A DNA stretch of 64,000 nt. Origin: Epiperipatus broadwayi (lineage: Eukaryota; Animalia; Onychophora). The translations under genes were made by a program, and so were the position numbers. The stretch spans positions 13,392,001-13,456,000 of the forward strand of contig JAQFVV010000005.1 in NCBI GenBank assembly GCA_028023455.1, written 5' to 3'. Positions 39,178 through 51,797 of the stretch are shown in pieces (the first letter of the stretch is position 1; the number at the start of each line of letters is the position of its first letter). The notes beneath the pieces are model-generated. The model ran no database searches. It saw nothing but the letters and a program-made list of their open reading frames with translations, and was not told the origin of the DNA.

Positions 39178-39805
39178 TTTCAATTATCTAAGTAATCTTT
39201 GTTAATTAAGTTTAAAACTTTAAAATCACACGTATAAGGTTTCAAAGATAATCACTTTCTATTTTTAGCTTTCCTGTAATACATTAATTTTTACATTTGC
39301 TACCTTTACTTCCTAATTTGAATAAGTTAATAAATAATTCTGAGAATAAAAATTTATTTGCGAGTCAAAGTTCTATAATAGATAAATAGTTATGTGAATG
39401 TGGAAGTGCTTATATTGGTGATTCACTTTGTACTTTAGAGAAGAGGACTAGAAAACATCTATGGTTACTAAAAAGAGTTCAAAAATTTAAACAAAATAAT
39501 ACTGAAAATAATGATATATCAGCATCAGTGTTTTATAATCATAATAAAAAATATAACTTTGGATTTGATTTTAATTATAAAAATGTAAAAATATTATGTA
39601 TTGAATGAAATAATAACAAATGAAAAATAAAGGTGATGTTAATATACAAATATAAAATGCTTAATAAATCAACAGGCAGCAAATGTAAAAATTAATGAAT
39701 TATGGGAAAGCTAAAAATAGAAAGTAATTGTCTTTGAACATACCTTATACATTTGGTTTTAAAAGTTTTAAACTTAGTTGATAAAGAATACTTAGATAGT
39801 TGAAA
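39178..39805. repeat. Inverted repeat: arms of about 130 bp around a spacer of about 370 bp
   Basis: 39178-39305 is the imperfect reverse complement of 39674-39805. Confidence 0.8.
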
Positions 39806-40364
39806 CCACTCATACACAGTTTAAAAGTTCGAATTTATATTACTGTATTTGTTTATTTGTATAAAATTATATATATAAGTTAAAAGAATACAGACTTTGA
39901 TTAATATATATATATATTGAAATTGCTATGGGTTTCATGGCATACAATATAATAGTGTGTGCACACATATATATATAAAATAGAAAGGACAAGTGAAAAT
40001 GAACACTCAAATTTTTTTGTAGATATTTTCTGTATTTCACTGGAGTAACACTAAGGATTATATAATTTTGAATTTATAATAAAATATTATTATAAAATAA
40101 ACATTTAAAAAAACCTAATATTTTTATTGAATATTGATTTCAAAATTAAAACATGTTTTATGTTAAAAGAGATCTACTGATAATTATAAAATTCCACTAT
40201 GTAGTTTAGAAATTCTTTTTCAAGTAAAGCTTATAGATCATACTTTGAAAAAATTGCAAAGTTGCTTTTAAAAAAATTAAAGTCAATTGAAAAGATAGAA
40301 ATTGATCAAGGTAGGAAAAACATTTTATAGAATGCATTTTTTCCACTGCACTCTAGCTATAAAA

Positions 40365-40880
40365 AGATTAGGGGGTAGATGTTTTTTTAGAATTATACAG
40401 AAAACTACCATGAAGATATTAGTAAAGGCAAAAGACAGTGGATCCATCAGCAGCTGCTAGCTCACTATAGTTTTGATTCACATGGAAGCAAGACCCAACT
40501 TTTTTGTGTTCATTAGCCTGCACAAATATGTATTAAAAGATGGCAGCTGCCTGAAGTCTATTCAATCCTAAAGAGAAAAGAGATCACTGCAGATCAACAG
40601 TTACCTGAATTATACATTTCCTGATGATGACAATAGCCAGAGAGTCCATCAGCTTGTGAAAATTAGTTATACATATGCTGCTTTATCTATGTGCAAAGAA
40701 CCACAAATAAACACACCGTATCATAGTTATATAAAGTGCAGTTGGTGAGTTATGTTAAACAATTCCTTGAAAATGACATTTAAAAAAAGTGCTAGAATTT
40801 AAAAGTCCAAGTAAATAATTTTTGCTTGAATTAAAATACAAATGATTGATTCATAGACAATTATATATATATATCTTTTA
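40365..40880 (+). repeat. Unclassified dispersed repeat, copy 1 (copy 2 at about 47265-47715)
   Basis: Long collinear similarity, for example aaactaccatgaagatat, ggcaaaagacagtggatccat, gagagtccatcagcttg and tatcatagttatataaagtgcag. Confidence 0.85.
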
Positions 40881-40980
40881 AAAAAAGTGGTAGTGTTCAT
40901 GATGCATACTGTGGCCACCAGATAACACTGCAGAACCACTAAGAAGCCTGCAAGTGATAAATTTCTGTACAAAAATCACT

Positions 40981-41440
40981 GAAATTGATGGAAAATTAAA
41001 TTGCCTAAGGCAAGATATCAAAAGTAAGTAAAAAATTTAGCCTAAGGCCAGTAAAAAAATCAAGTAAAATAATACGTAAATTTTAAAAAAGTACACACAC
41101 ACAAAATCAGTAAAAATACACAAAATAACCATTAAAATTAAATTGCCTAAGGCAAGATACCAAAAGTAAAAAATCAAGTAAAAAATTTAGCCCAGGGCAA
41201 GTATACAATCAAGTGAAATAATATGTAAATTTTAAAAAAGTGCACCACACATACAAAATCGGTAAAAATACATTAAAAATGAATCGCTGAAATCGGTGGA
41301 AAATCAAAATGTTAGAAAACGCAGAAATTGATGGAAAATTAAAATGCCTGAGGCAAGAAATGGATAATTAATATGCCTAGAGCAACAAATATAACAAATC
41401 CTTAAATCCCCCCACAAAAATTTTAACAGCTAAGGCAAAC
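40981..41440. repeat. Degenerate tandem repeat (unit of about 142 bp) carrying five GCCNNNGGC palindromes
   Basis: Motifs at 41003, 41040, 41145, 41190 and 41346; 41003-41120 is repeated at 41145-41270. Confidence 0.75.
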
Positions 41441-43008
41441 AAATCAAAAAATTAAAAATCAAACAAATTCTTCTTAAAAAAACCAAAAAAATGCTATGAA
41501 ATTCGAATTAGGCAACAAAAACAGAAAAACCTTAATGGTATATGTTAAAAAATTAATAATGGCAGATGGTGCTTCATTAAAATGACAGGAGTTTATATAA
41601 ACTAAAAAGCAAAAAGAACATTACACAAGAGCTTCTATTTACCAAATTAATTATCCTGTTTTGAAATTATGGCATATCATCAAAAATAAGTCAAATACTC
41701 CCCCCCCCCATCCAAAAGTAGCTGAAATTGACAAATTAAAATGAAATATATAAAACACCCCCCTTTTCTACACTCTGCAGACAACCCAAAATAAAAAAGC
41801 AACACAGATATAGATAAGCTTTCTATTAATTTTAACAGCAAACATAATTGATAAATCATAAATATTAATATATTTGTGCTCAAAACATACACACACACAC
41901 TGCATATATTATTAACAAATGAATAAAGAAAATTACAAGAGAAGAGCAATCATGTCCAAATCCATTTATTTAGATGTAGAATATTATTTTAAAATTACAA
42001 AGTTTCTCAGCTGATCACTTTCTAAAAGTCTATTTACCATCATATGGTTAATGCGGTAATATAGGAGTGAAGAAATATATGCAATAAAAGTTGATACTAC
42101 CTCTGTTTTTCGCTGGGATAACAACAAAAATATAAAAACAATGGTAATAATTCGTTCGGCTGGTGACTTCCTATGCATTTAATCTAATTAATTTCACAGA
42201 TTGGTATTTATTCTCTTTGGAGAAGGTTACCATTAAAATATTTCAGGAGCGTCTTCTTTCCAGTATTGGAAAAATTATTTATTATAATTTTTAAAATTAT
42301 TTATTATAGATTTAATAATGCATGGAGAATTATTTTCTTCAAAGCAGTATCAGACCAACTGCCCTTTCCAAAAAATATATTATTCCCTATATTTCTTTTT
42401 TTGTACTCATTTTTTTCTAGACAGTTCTTTTATTCCTTATCACCCAAGTGATTTTGAAGTCCAGTTTCTCTTTAAACAAAGCAAAAAGCTTTTACCACCT
42501 TTTTGTCTTTTCAAGGTCAGGAAATTGCACTGACCACCTGTAATTTGTTTTCAACTTTTATTTTTTTGTTTTTCTTTTTACATTCTTTAGATAATAATCT
42601 ACTCAGTTTTAATATTTTTTTCACTTAAGATCTCTTTTCTCTATTATAATCAAATGAGCTGCATTAGCTTCCATCTTCGAAATCAAATTTATATTTGTTG
42701 AATTTCATTTATTTGTCCATCCACACAGCATAAATATATACTCGTGTTTCAATAAAATACAAGAGCAAAAACACCCCTCCCTCTTTCATACCTCATCTTT
42801 ATTTTAAATATACTTGAATAAATAATATAACAACTATATACACATGCTTGTGTACAAATTTTCCTTTTGTGAAACAGGATTTGAAGCCACACTGTTACAA
42901 TATATATATATATGGATTTTCTCAAAATATGAAAATAAAAATTGATTATGATGAGTTAGAAGTTAAACAATTACAAATACCTGGGTCAGATTATTAATAC
43001 AGATGGAA

Positions 43009-43896
43009 ACATAATAGAGATGAAATTAATCATAGAATTAAAAAGGAAGATTTTTAATAATTGTGTTTTACCAGTTCTGACTTATGGATCTGAGACTTGG
43101 ACACTTAATAGAAGAGCAATACAGACATCAGACCACTCAAAGAAGTATAGAGAGATGCATGTTGGGAGTAACAAGAAGAGATTGAAACCGCAATATATGG
43201 GTAAGAGAACAAACAGGTGTTACTGACCTCATTGAAAAAAATAAAAGACTGAGTGGAGTTGGTAATGGTTGATGATGATGATTTCAGCCTAGTTTAAAAA
43301 AATATTAATTTGAGCTAATTTATTAAATATTATTTAGTAATATTTGTGTGGATATACATATAAATATTAGTGTGTGCGACTGTACATATAAATAATACTA
43401 AATAATATTTAATAAATTAGCTCAAATTAATATCATTTTTTAAAAGTAGGCTGAAATTTTCATCATCAACAATTATCAATTCACTGCAGGATGAAGGTCT
43501 CTCAAAGTTCAATCAATCTTCTCCAATCTTTAGCTTCTCTTCTCCACATCACCCTGGCACCCTTTCTTATTTCAACCTCTTGTAATTCAGTTTAAGATTT
43601 CAATTGTCCATCTATTATCATCTCTTCTAGCAATATGTCCAGCCCAACTCCACTTCAGTCTTATTTTTTTCAATGAGGTCAGTAACACCTGTTTGTTCTC
43701 TTACCCATATAATGCTGTTTCGATCTCTTCTTGTTACTCCTAACATGCATCTCTCCATACTTCGTTGAGTGGTCTAAAGTCTCTGTATTGCTCTTCTATT
43801 AAGTGTCCAAATCTCAGACCCATAAGTAAGAACTGGTAAAACCCATTTATTAAAAATCTTCCTTTTTAATTCTGATTAATTTCATCTCCATTATGT
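43009..43896. repeat. Fold-back duplication of an RTE 3' end plus its flank
   Basis: 43009-43350 is the reverse complement of 43381-43896, except that 43476-43643 is missing from the left arm. The arms encode CVLPVLTYGSETWTLNRRA. Confidence 0.9.
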
Positions 43897-44644
43897 CATG
43901 AGTGGATTATATTTTCCAGATTAAGCAGTTGCATAGTATGATGATTATATTATGTGAAGTAAAGTAGTGTATTTCCCTTGTTTTTCGGTGATGAGACAAA
44001 GTCCACACCAGCATTTAAGCCTCTGAATCAGGCTAAGGAGTCACTGTTTTATTATTTAAATGATTAGAGTCTTCTTGTCCCTCATGCATCCATTTGGAAT
44101 GTTTTCCCATCATTTATTCATAGCCAAGTGTAATGTAGTTTGCTAATAAAAAAAAATAAAAGTAGAATTGATTTCTTTTATAAAACATCTAAACTAGGAT
44201 TAGTGTTAAAGCTTGGTTGGTTATGGCATCATCTGTATTAGGGTATTGTATCTCAATTTCATAAGTAAACCGATTGTATATAGCTGTGTTAATTATTTTG
44301 TGACAGGTAGCACAATTCAGACACATGCATAAAATACTATTAATTCTGAAAGTATGGAAAAAATCTGTCACTGATTTGTAAGTCTTAAATCAATATTTTA
44401 AATCATATCATATAAATTATTTTAAGTTTTATATCATCAATTTTCAGAATGATTCATTCTCATTTTAAATGAGAAAGCAAAAGGGAAGAAAGTGTAGCTA
44501 GTTAATAGAATTATTTGATTGATTTATGAGGGATAAGTTGACCTCTTACTCATATATTTAAACCCCTATTGTATTATTTTGATGTTTAACTACCCCAGTG
44601 TTGATTTGGTTAGCAGAATGTTGGAGTTAGCGGATAGCACATGT

Positions 44645-45125
44645 GTATTTTAAGTAAAAATACCAAGAAGTTTAATTTTATATTTTACTATTCTAGTATT
44701 GGTGTCAATAAGTTTTCTTTTCAATAAGCATATCAGAATTGACTGATAGCTTACGTATATTTAAAATAAAATACAAAGATGTTTAATTTCATATTTTACT
44801 ATTCTAGCATTAGTGTTTATAAATATTTCTTTTCATAAGCATATCAAAGTTGATTGATAACTTGTGTATATTTGAAATAAAATATAAAGTTTAATTTCAT
44901 ATTTAATTATCTTAGTGTTGATAAAGATTTCTTTTTCATAAGCATATCAGAATTGACTGATAGCTTGTATATATTTGAAATAAAATACAAAGAAATTTAA
45001 TTTCATATTTAATTATTTAGTGTTAATAAATGTTTCTTCTCACTGGCTTATCAGGATTGAATGAGAGCTGGTATATGTTTGGAATAAAATACAAGGAAGT
45101 TTATTTTAACATTAATTATTCTTAT
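44645..45125. repeat. Minisatellite, about 4.5 copies of a roughly 107-bp unit
   Basis: Recurring gtttaattt(c/t)atattt...taagcatatca...gatagctt...tatattt(g)aaataaaata. Confidence 0.85.
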
Positions 45126-46829
45126 GTATTCTATTCAGTCATTCATATGGAATTATCCCAAAACATGTATAGGTGTAAAGTAAAAATATAAATGTTTATC
45201 CAGCTATATCATGTAATAAATGTTTTATTTATTTAATAACTTTGTTCAGAGTATTCTTTGGCATGCATTCGTGTTCTATGTTTCCTAAAAATACATTCAC
45301 AAATCCAATATATGATTGCACTATTCCATAATTTTAATGATGAATATCTGATGATTATGTTTTCTCAATCCAAACACCATATGAAGTGCTTGACTAATTA
45401 ATGATTCTCTGGAAATTTTTAGTATTCAGTTATTATTTAGATGATGAACTGAAATCAAAATGTATTCTATTTCTTTCATTGTCTAACTACTACTATTTTA
45501 TTAGAATAATGCTTAATTTAGGTCATTACTTTTATGATGGCAATTAGTAGTTATTGTAAAGTATAAATTTAAAATTAAGCCATACAGTAAATTCCCTGAG
45601 ATATTCCCTTATTATTTTAGATTAGACATTAATTTAGTTATTTATTTTAAATTACTGTACAATACAGGTTAAATAGTGCTTTATTTTGTATTTAATTTTA
45701 ACTTACCATACAGTAGAGTAAATTAGTACTGCATCTTTATTTTATTGATTTAATTCTATCACACAGTAAAGGTTGTTTGATGCATTTAAATGATGGGGGG
45801 AGACGAGGTTACACTATAACTTGTAAATTTAAATGGTGGAACTTTACCAATTTCAATTATTTATTTATTTTAAAACTTAATAGATATTTTATTCCTATTA
45901 ATTCATAATGTTTTCTTTGTTTAGTATGCATTTTACACCTTATAGATTTCTGTAGCCCCCACTGAGCTAAGTTATAGTAGGGCAGCATTGTAAGAGTCTC
46001 AATAATAATTCAAAGCAAGATCAGACTAGTAGTTTATTCTATTATCAATAGAATTGGCACCCTGGATATTTATTGATAGGAAAGATAGGATAGGTGTTGG
46101 GGGAGGGTTACAATATGGATATAAAAATGCTGATGCATGTGTTTGTGAGCCTTTTTTTCTAGCTCATTTTAGTGACAGTTCGGATCTGGAAATTGCAGTG
46201 TAAAAAAAAAAAGGGAGTCATTTTATTTGCAAAAACAATCATGGCAAACACATCTAAGGTCTTTATGATCAGACTCAAATTTGAAATTGGACAATAATGT
46301 TTATGTGTCACAGGGGGACAAGGAATCATTAACTATTCAATTAGTTTTATTACTTATTTTTTTAATATAATACAGATGTATAGAAAACAATATGCTATAT
46401 AATTTTAGGCAATTTACATTTCAATGATAAAAAAACATACACATCCAGACTCGATCATATTTCCTCAGTCATCCACTCTCATACATAATCTCCCACACAC
46501 ATAATCAGTGCTCATAATAAATTTGTTTATTTTGATGTTTATTGACTTTACTTAGTTTTTATTCATTTTATCTTAAAAGAAATTTTTGTTGATATTTTTG
46601 AGTACACTTCATTTATTTGAAAATACATATTTTAGATGCCCCCTTCCTACAATAATATAATAATTAATTATATTTTAAAATATATTACAATTTACTATTA
46701 CTAAAGTTCTCTTTGCATATCTCATAAACTGTTCTTACTGTTAATTTTTCCCCACTAAAAAACCAAACATATTTCTAACAGATACCCTGCATAGAAGGAC
46801 AATCAAAAATTTCTAGCAGATAGACTGAT

Positions 46830-46918
46830 ATGGAAGGACAAGATCTGGATCAGCTAGTAAAAATGAAAGTCACCAATCACATTGTTTTTGTAATTTTTAC
46901 AATGAAAAATTATCTCAG
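46830..46918 (+). CDS. Candidate coding exon 1 of a small spliced ORF
   Basis: MEGQDLDQLVKMKVTNHIVFVIFTMKNYL is open to a CAG|GTAAGT donor (phase 2). Confidence 0.35.
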
Positions 46919-47264
46919 GTAAGTCATATTATATATCTTTTTTCCCAGCATTTTATGACAAATCTGATGAAGCTATCGACAAAATTGTCATTTTAACACT
47001 TAACTTTCAAAATTTAGAATTTGTGAACCAATGTACAAAAAAAAAAAACAAACATGTTTATAAGTGTTAAAAATATTTTTTCTTATTTTTTTTTTGAGGT
47101 AATGACTATTTTATCAGCTTTATTACTTTCTTTCATATTCACTTTCTAACAATGTATATATTTTTATATTTACAATATTCAAACAGAAGATATTTTATAA
47201 ATTATATTTGTTGTAATTTTTTTAAAATTAAGGATGGCAGCTTAGATATCCATCCCACCCTAAC

Positions 47265-47715
47265 TAGAGGGTGGTTGGTTTTTTTAGAGGTATACAAAAA
47301 ACTACCATGAAGATATGACTTAAGGCAAAAGACAGTGGATCCATTGGTGGCTGCTAGTTCATTAGTTTTGATTTCTATTCATTAGCCTGACAAATATGTA
47401 TTAGATGACTTCTGCCTGAAGTCTATCACATCCTAGAGAGTAGAGAGATCACCGCAGACCAAGTTACCTGAACTATACCTTTCCTGATAATGACAAAGAC
47501 CGGAGAGTCCATCAGCTTGCTGAAAATTAGTTATATGTATGCTACATTATCTATACACAAAGAACCACAGATAAATATACCATATCATAGTTATATAAAG
47601 TGCAGCTGGTGAGTTATTTTAAATAATTTCTTGAAAATGACATTTAAAAATACAAATAAATAATTTTTGCTCAAATTAAAAAACAAATGATTGATTTATA
47701 GACATTTTTTATATA
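47265..47715 (+). repeat. Unclassified dispersed repeat, copy 2
   Basis: See 40365-40880; this copy has small deletions relative to copy 1. Confidence 0.85.
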
Positions 47716-50700
47716 TATAAAAAAAAAGAAAGTAAACCCCAAACATCTTTTTAGATTAGAAAAGGAAGTTGCTAAAGTGTTTTTTGTAAAGAAGTTTAAA
47801 ATCAATCAACAGTAACCTGTAACATTTTTTTTTTTTTTTAAAAAAAAAAAAGTTTGTATACTTTCCAAATGGAATTAATTATGAAAAATATAATATTGTT
47901 AATAATTTTATTATTTTAACAAATTAAAAATACATGGTATAAATGTCAGTGTGCATGCACATTTTCATGTGCACACACATAATATGTTAATAAATTATTG
48001 TACATGTTTGTACAATGATATATGTTTTATGTAAACCTAGTAGAGGGATTTGTAAATCACAATGGGATAGCTTATTTTTTATACATATTATCATGACAAT
48101 TCCCATATTATGCCACATGTCTGTATGCATATATTAATGAATGTCATGTAGACACATGTAAAATTTAATCATTTTTTATTATTATTAAATGACAACTCAA
48201 ATATGGTCATTTTCTATTATACCACATGTCTGTGAGCAGATATATATGTTTTATGTAAGCCCATTATGAGGTAATGTAAATCACAATGTAATCACTTGTA
48301 TTTTGTTCTTATGCTAATCAAAATCAGGTTTAAGTCATGTATACAGCCATATTCTGCAGACTTTAATGTCATTTTTTGTTATTAATAAACTTATATTCCA
48401 TTATTGAAATTATTCCAGTGAACTTAATTCTAAATAGTTTTAGAATATTATGTATTGCCTTATCTCTTGACCAGTTATAGAGCTTGTGTTCTCTGAGCTA
48501 GATTCATGCATAATGGTCTATTATATAAAAGAGATGTATATTAGTATAGGCATTCAATTGATGATAATCCTGGATTGATATAAGATATCCCTTAAAGTCC
48601 ATGCACTGCATTTGATTTAGTTTAGTCTCTATTAGACATTAAGTTTATAGTAGGCCAGTACATTAAGGGTACTAAGTGGTCTCAGAGCATTGATGATAGT
48701 CAGCATATTTAATATTCCAGCATTGTTGTTATGGTTATATATTCTGAGGGATTACCACTTAAGTTGGCCCATCCAAATTAATGTTTAAATAATTGCCCCA
48801 AGTTGGCAAAGGCTAAATAGTCAGCCTGGTCTACAGTAGACCTATTTCAAATTCCTTGACTGTTGATTTATTTTATTGTTAATCATTCATGATGATGCAT
48901 GAGTTATACTTATTTATAATGCTGGTAAACTTATAGTTAATTATACTTATTTTAAGATAGTTAGCTGTGCTGACCTCTCAATGATCTCATGCTCATTACT
49001 TTATATTCATTCATTATTTAAATTTACATTAAAGTGAAATTTAATATTTTCTTTATTTTGGGATGATAAGTCATCACACCAGATAACCCATTAATTTTTC
49101 CGCAACATTACAATATATATACCTTGTGCCTTTTGTCATAGTTTTGAAGTAACCATAGAATACTTCCTACTATATTGCCCAAAACATTATTGTATTGCTC
49201 ACATAAATCAGCCTCATTAAGAGCCACCCCCCCAATATACCAAACATGCTTTTTATATTTTGTTTTATAAGATGCTACCAAATCTTTAACCCTCACATCT
49301 TACAATTGTAAAATATTCTTTTTGACAAAATTAAGCAATGTTAAAATGAAAAAAAAAATGTTTATGGGTCAATATTTTTGCAGCTATCTGAAGTTTCATG
49401 TGTGTTGTTTACAATACCACAATATGCTAATTTTTTAGCTTTTCATTTTTTATATTTCTTTCTATATTAATGTATACTGTAAATATTGATTATTATTATA
49501 TCTCAACTTACCCCTAATTAATGAACTAATCCAGATTTCATCTTATCTTGATTGGATTGAGCATTCACTGTCACAGATAAATAGATAACATATATAGAAT
49601 AGCAGATGCAGGACAATGGATGATGATGCTTAATGAATCCATTTGTTTTCTTTATGAAAGCGGATCTGGCTATAAATAGAGGTAAAGATAGACAATACTA
49701 TTAGACTTGAATGGCAGTATTCATGTTGGCCACTATATGATTAAAGCAATGAGGCAAGTTTATGTTAAAACTGGAAGCTGATAGAACCTAAACCAGACAT
49801 GTGACAAGCTGTCACTGAATAGATGGAAGTCACACCATACCTACTCATAAGATAAACAAACTAAGAAGGGTACCTGAAGGCCCTTATATTAATAGTTACA
49901 CAGTAACTAGATGCTATATCTTGCCAACAGTATCAGGGGAAGGTCTGAACAGTTGTATATATTGGAAAAACATACTTATATTTGTTTTAATTAATAAATA
50001 TTTAATCTTATTTTTATGAGTCTGTGTTTATTATAATCAAACATAAACATCAATTCTTAAAAATGTAACTAATGTTAGGAATCATGAAGCTATTCAATAC
50101 TTCACCGATTAAGTCCACAATTCCTATTATACATTAGTACTCGTGAAATCTTTTGATTTACAATGAGTCAATGAAAAGATCTTATAGTTAGAAATCTATT
50201 ATGATAATTTAAAGTTTATTGCTTCAGCCATTTATATAGAAAGTACGTTGAAGTAAAGAATTCCCCTCTTTTCTTCCAATGCGTAAGCTTGTGGTTAAGG
50301 CCTGTAGAGGTCCCTACCTTCACATTTTCAGCCGCACATGCTTTAGGTTTATTGCCTTAGTAAATATTACTTACATAAACAATGTGTGTTAAATAAATTT
50401 ATAATTACAATTTGACTTAAATTTTGTCAGAATGAGATGTAAATAGTTTTCAAGATTCTATTTTAATATTATCACTAGCCTCCTAATATATAAACCTCTG
50501 AATCGTTTTTATTAAATAATAATTTTTAAAAAAAGTCAATAAAGATTGAAAGAATTTGAAAAATGGATTGTTTTAAATGCAATATTGGTGAACTTTATCA
50601 AATTAGATGATGATGAGACAACTGATTTTATAAATAGATATTTACTATAAAGCAGGACTGACCAAACAAAAGAATGGAAAACAAAACAATATTGTAAATA

Positions 50701-50970
50701 TTTTCAGTATTTATTTTCTAAATTTTTAAATATATTTCAAATTTTTAATGAAAATAATATTGTATAAGAAATTATTGTCATAAACAAAATAATTATCATT
50801 GCATTTTATACAATACCTAAAATAATGTATTTTATTTTTTCTTTGATAAACTAAGGAATTCCAAGAAACAATGTGGCATATTTAAATTAACTCGAATCCA
50901 GCAATAATATCTTAAAAGACAAATTCTCAATCTAATTATCCAATAATCATGAAATTTAATTTTTGCACAG

Positions 50971-50994
50971 TTCAAACATCAAGTTGAAAAGAAA
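50971..50994 (+). CDS. Candidate 24-nt micro-exon
   Basis: Flanked by ttttgcacag and gtaagt; frame-preserving and free of stops in phase 2. Confidence 0.35.
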
Positions 50995-51552
50995 GTAAGT
51001 TATTTAAGTAAACACTTTGAATTTTCATGCATAGGTATTTAAGTAAATATTTTAAAGGTAACTCAAGTTTTAAATCAAAAAAGATATTTTCTTTGCAATT
51101 TATAATAAAAATAATTTAATTTCCTAGCAATCTCATATGACATTGAAACAAAAAAAGATAATAAAAATTTTGAATCTCACATCTTATTTGTTCTTTGAGG
51201 TGGAAATAACTACCATCTATTAAAAATTGTCCTTGGTAGCTTTTTTTCAACAAAAAAAGTTTGGGCATCCCTGCCACAAAAGCATAAAGAGTAGATTTCG
51301 TATAAATAATAGATATGCAAATTAATATGCAACCAAAAATTCACATTCTAAAAAGAAACATAATATATGTTCAAAACATTCATAGCATATTTTAAAATTG
51401 TTATGGTAGAATATGATTGAAAGATTAAAATGCTGAGAGTAATTCATACTAGAAATAATTCTTTTTAAAGATATTTATTTGCATCTTGAACATAGTATAA
51501 AATCTATTAAGAATATTCTCTGTAAATAAAGAAGAGACAAATGTATTACTTA

Positions 51553-51797
51553 TTGCACAGAGGCAAAACTCTCCATACAATAGTCCCACTCACTGCGAGC
51601 CAGAGTAATCAAGATCTAGGTGCAGTGCTCTCAGATACAAACCTCCTCACTGATGAAAGCTACAAGCTAGAGACTAGTCTAGAGATTGGATGAGTAGGTA
51701 CTAAATAGAGATTTATGCACAAACCTTCCTGCATCCATTGATTACTCTGGCTTGCACTGAATGGTGCTACCGTATGAACAGTTTTTCCTCTGTGTAA
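51553..51797. mobile_element. MITE-like element with imperfect terminal inverted repeats of about 60 bp
   Basis: 51553-51612 is inverted at 51738-51797 (core TTGATTACTCTGGCT). A single related arm lies at about 15048-15105. No TSD confirmed. Confidence 0.55.

Noticed and set aside
44645-45125. CRISPR-like array
   Set aside because: Whole units of about 107 bp repeat with no unique spacers, there are no cas genes, and the context is eukaryotic.
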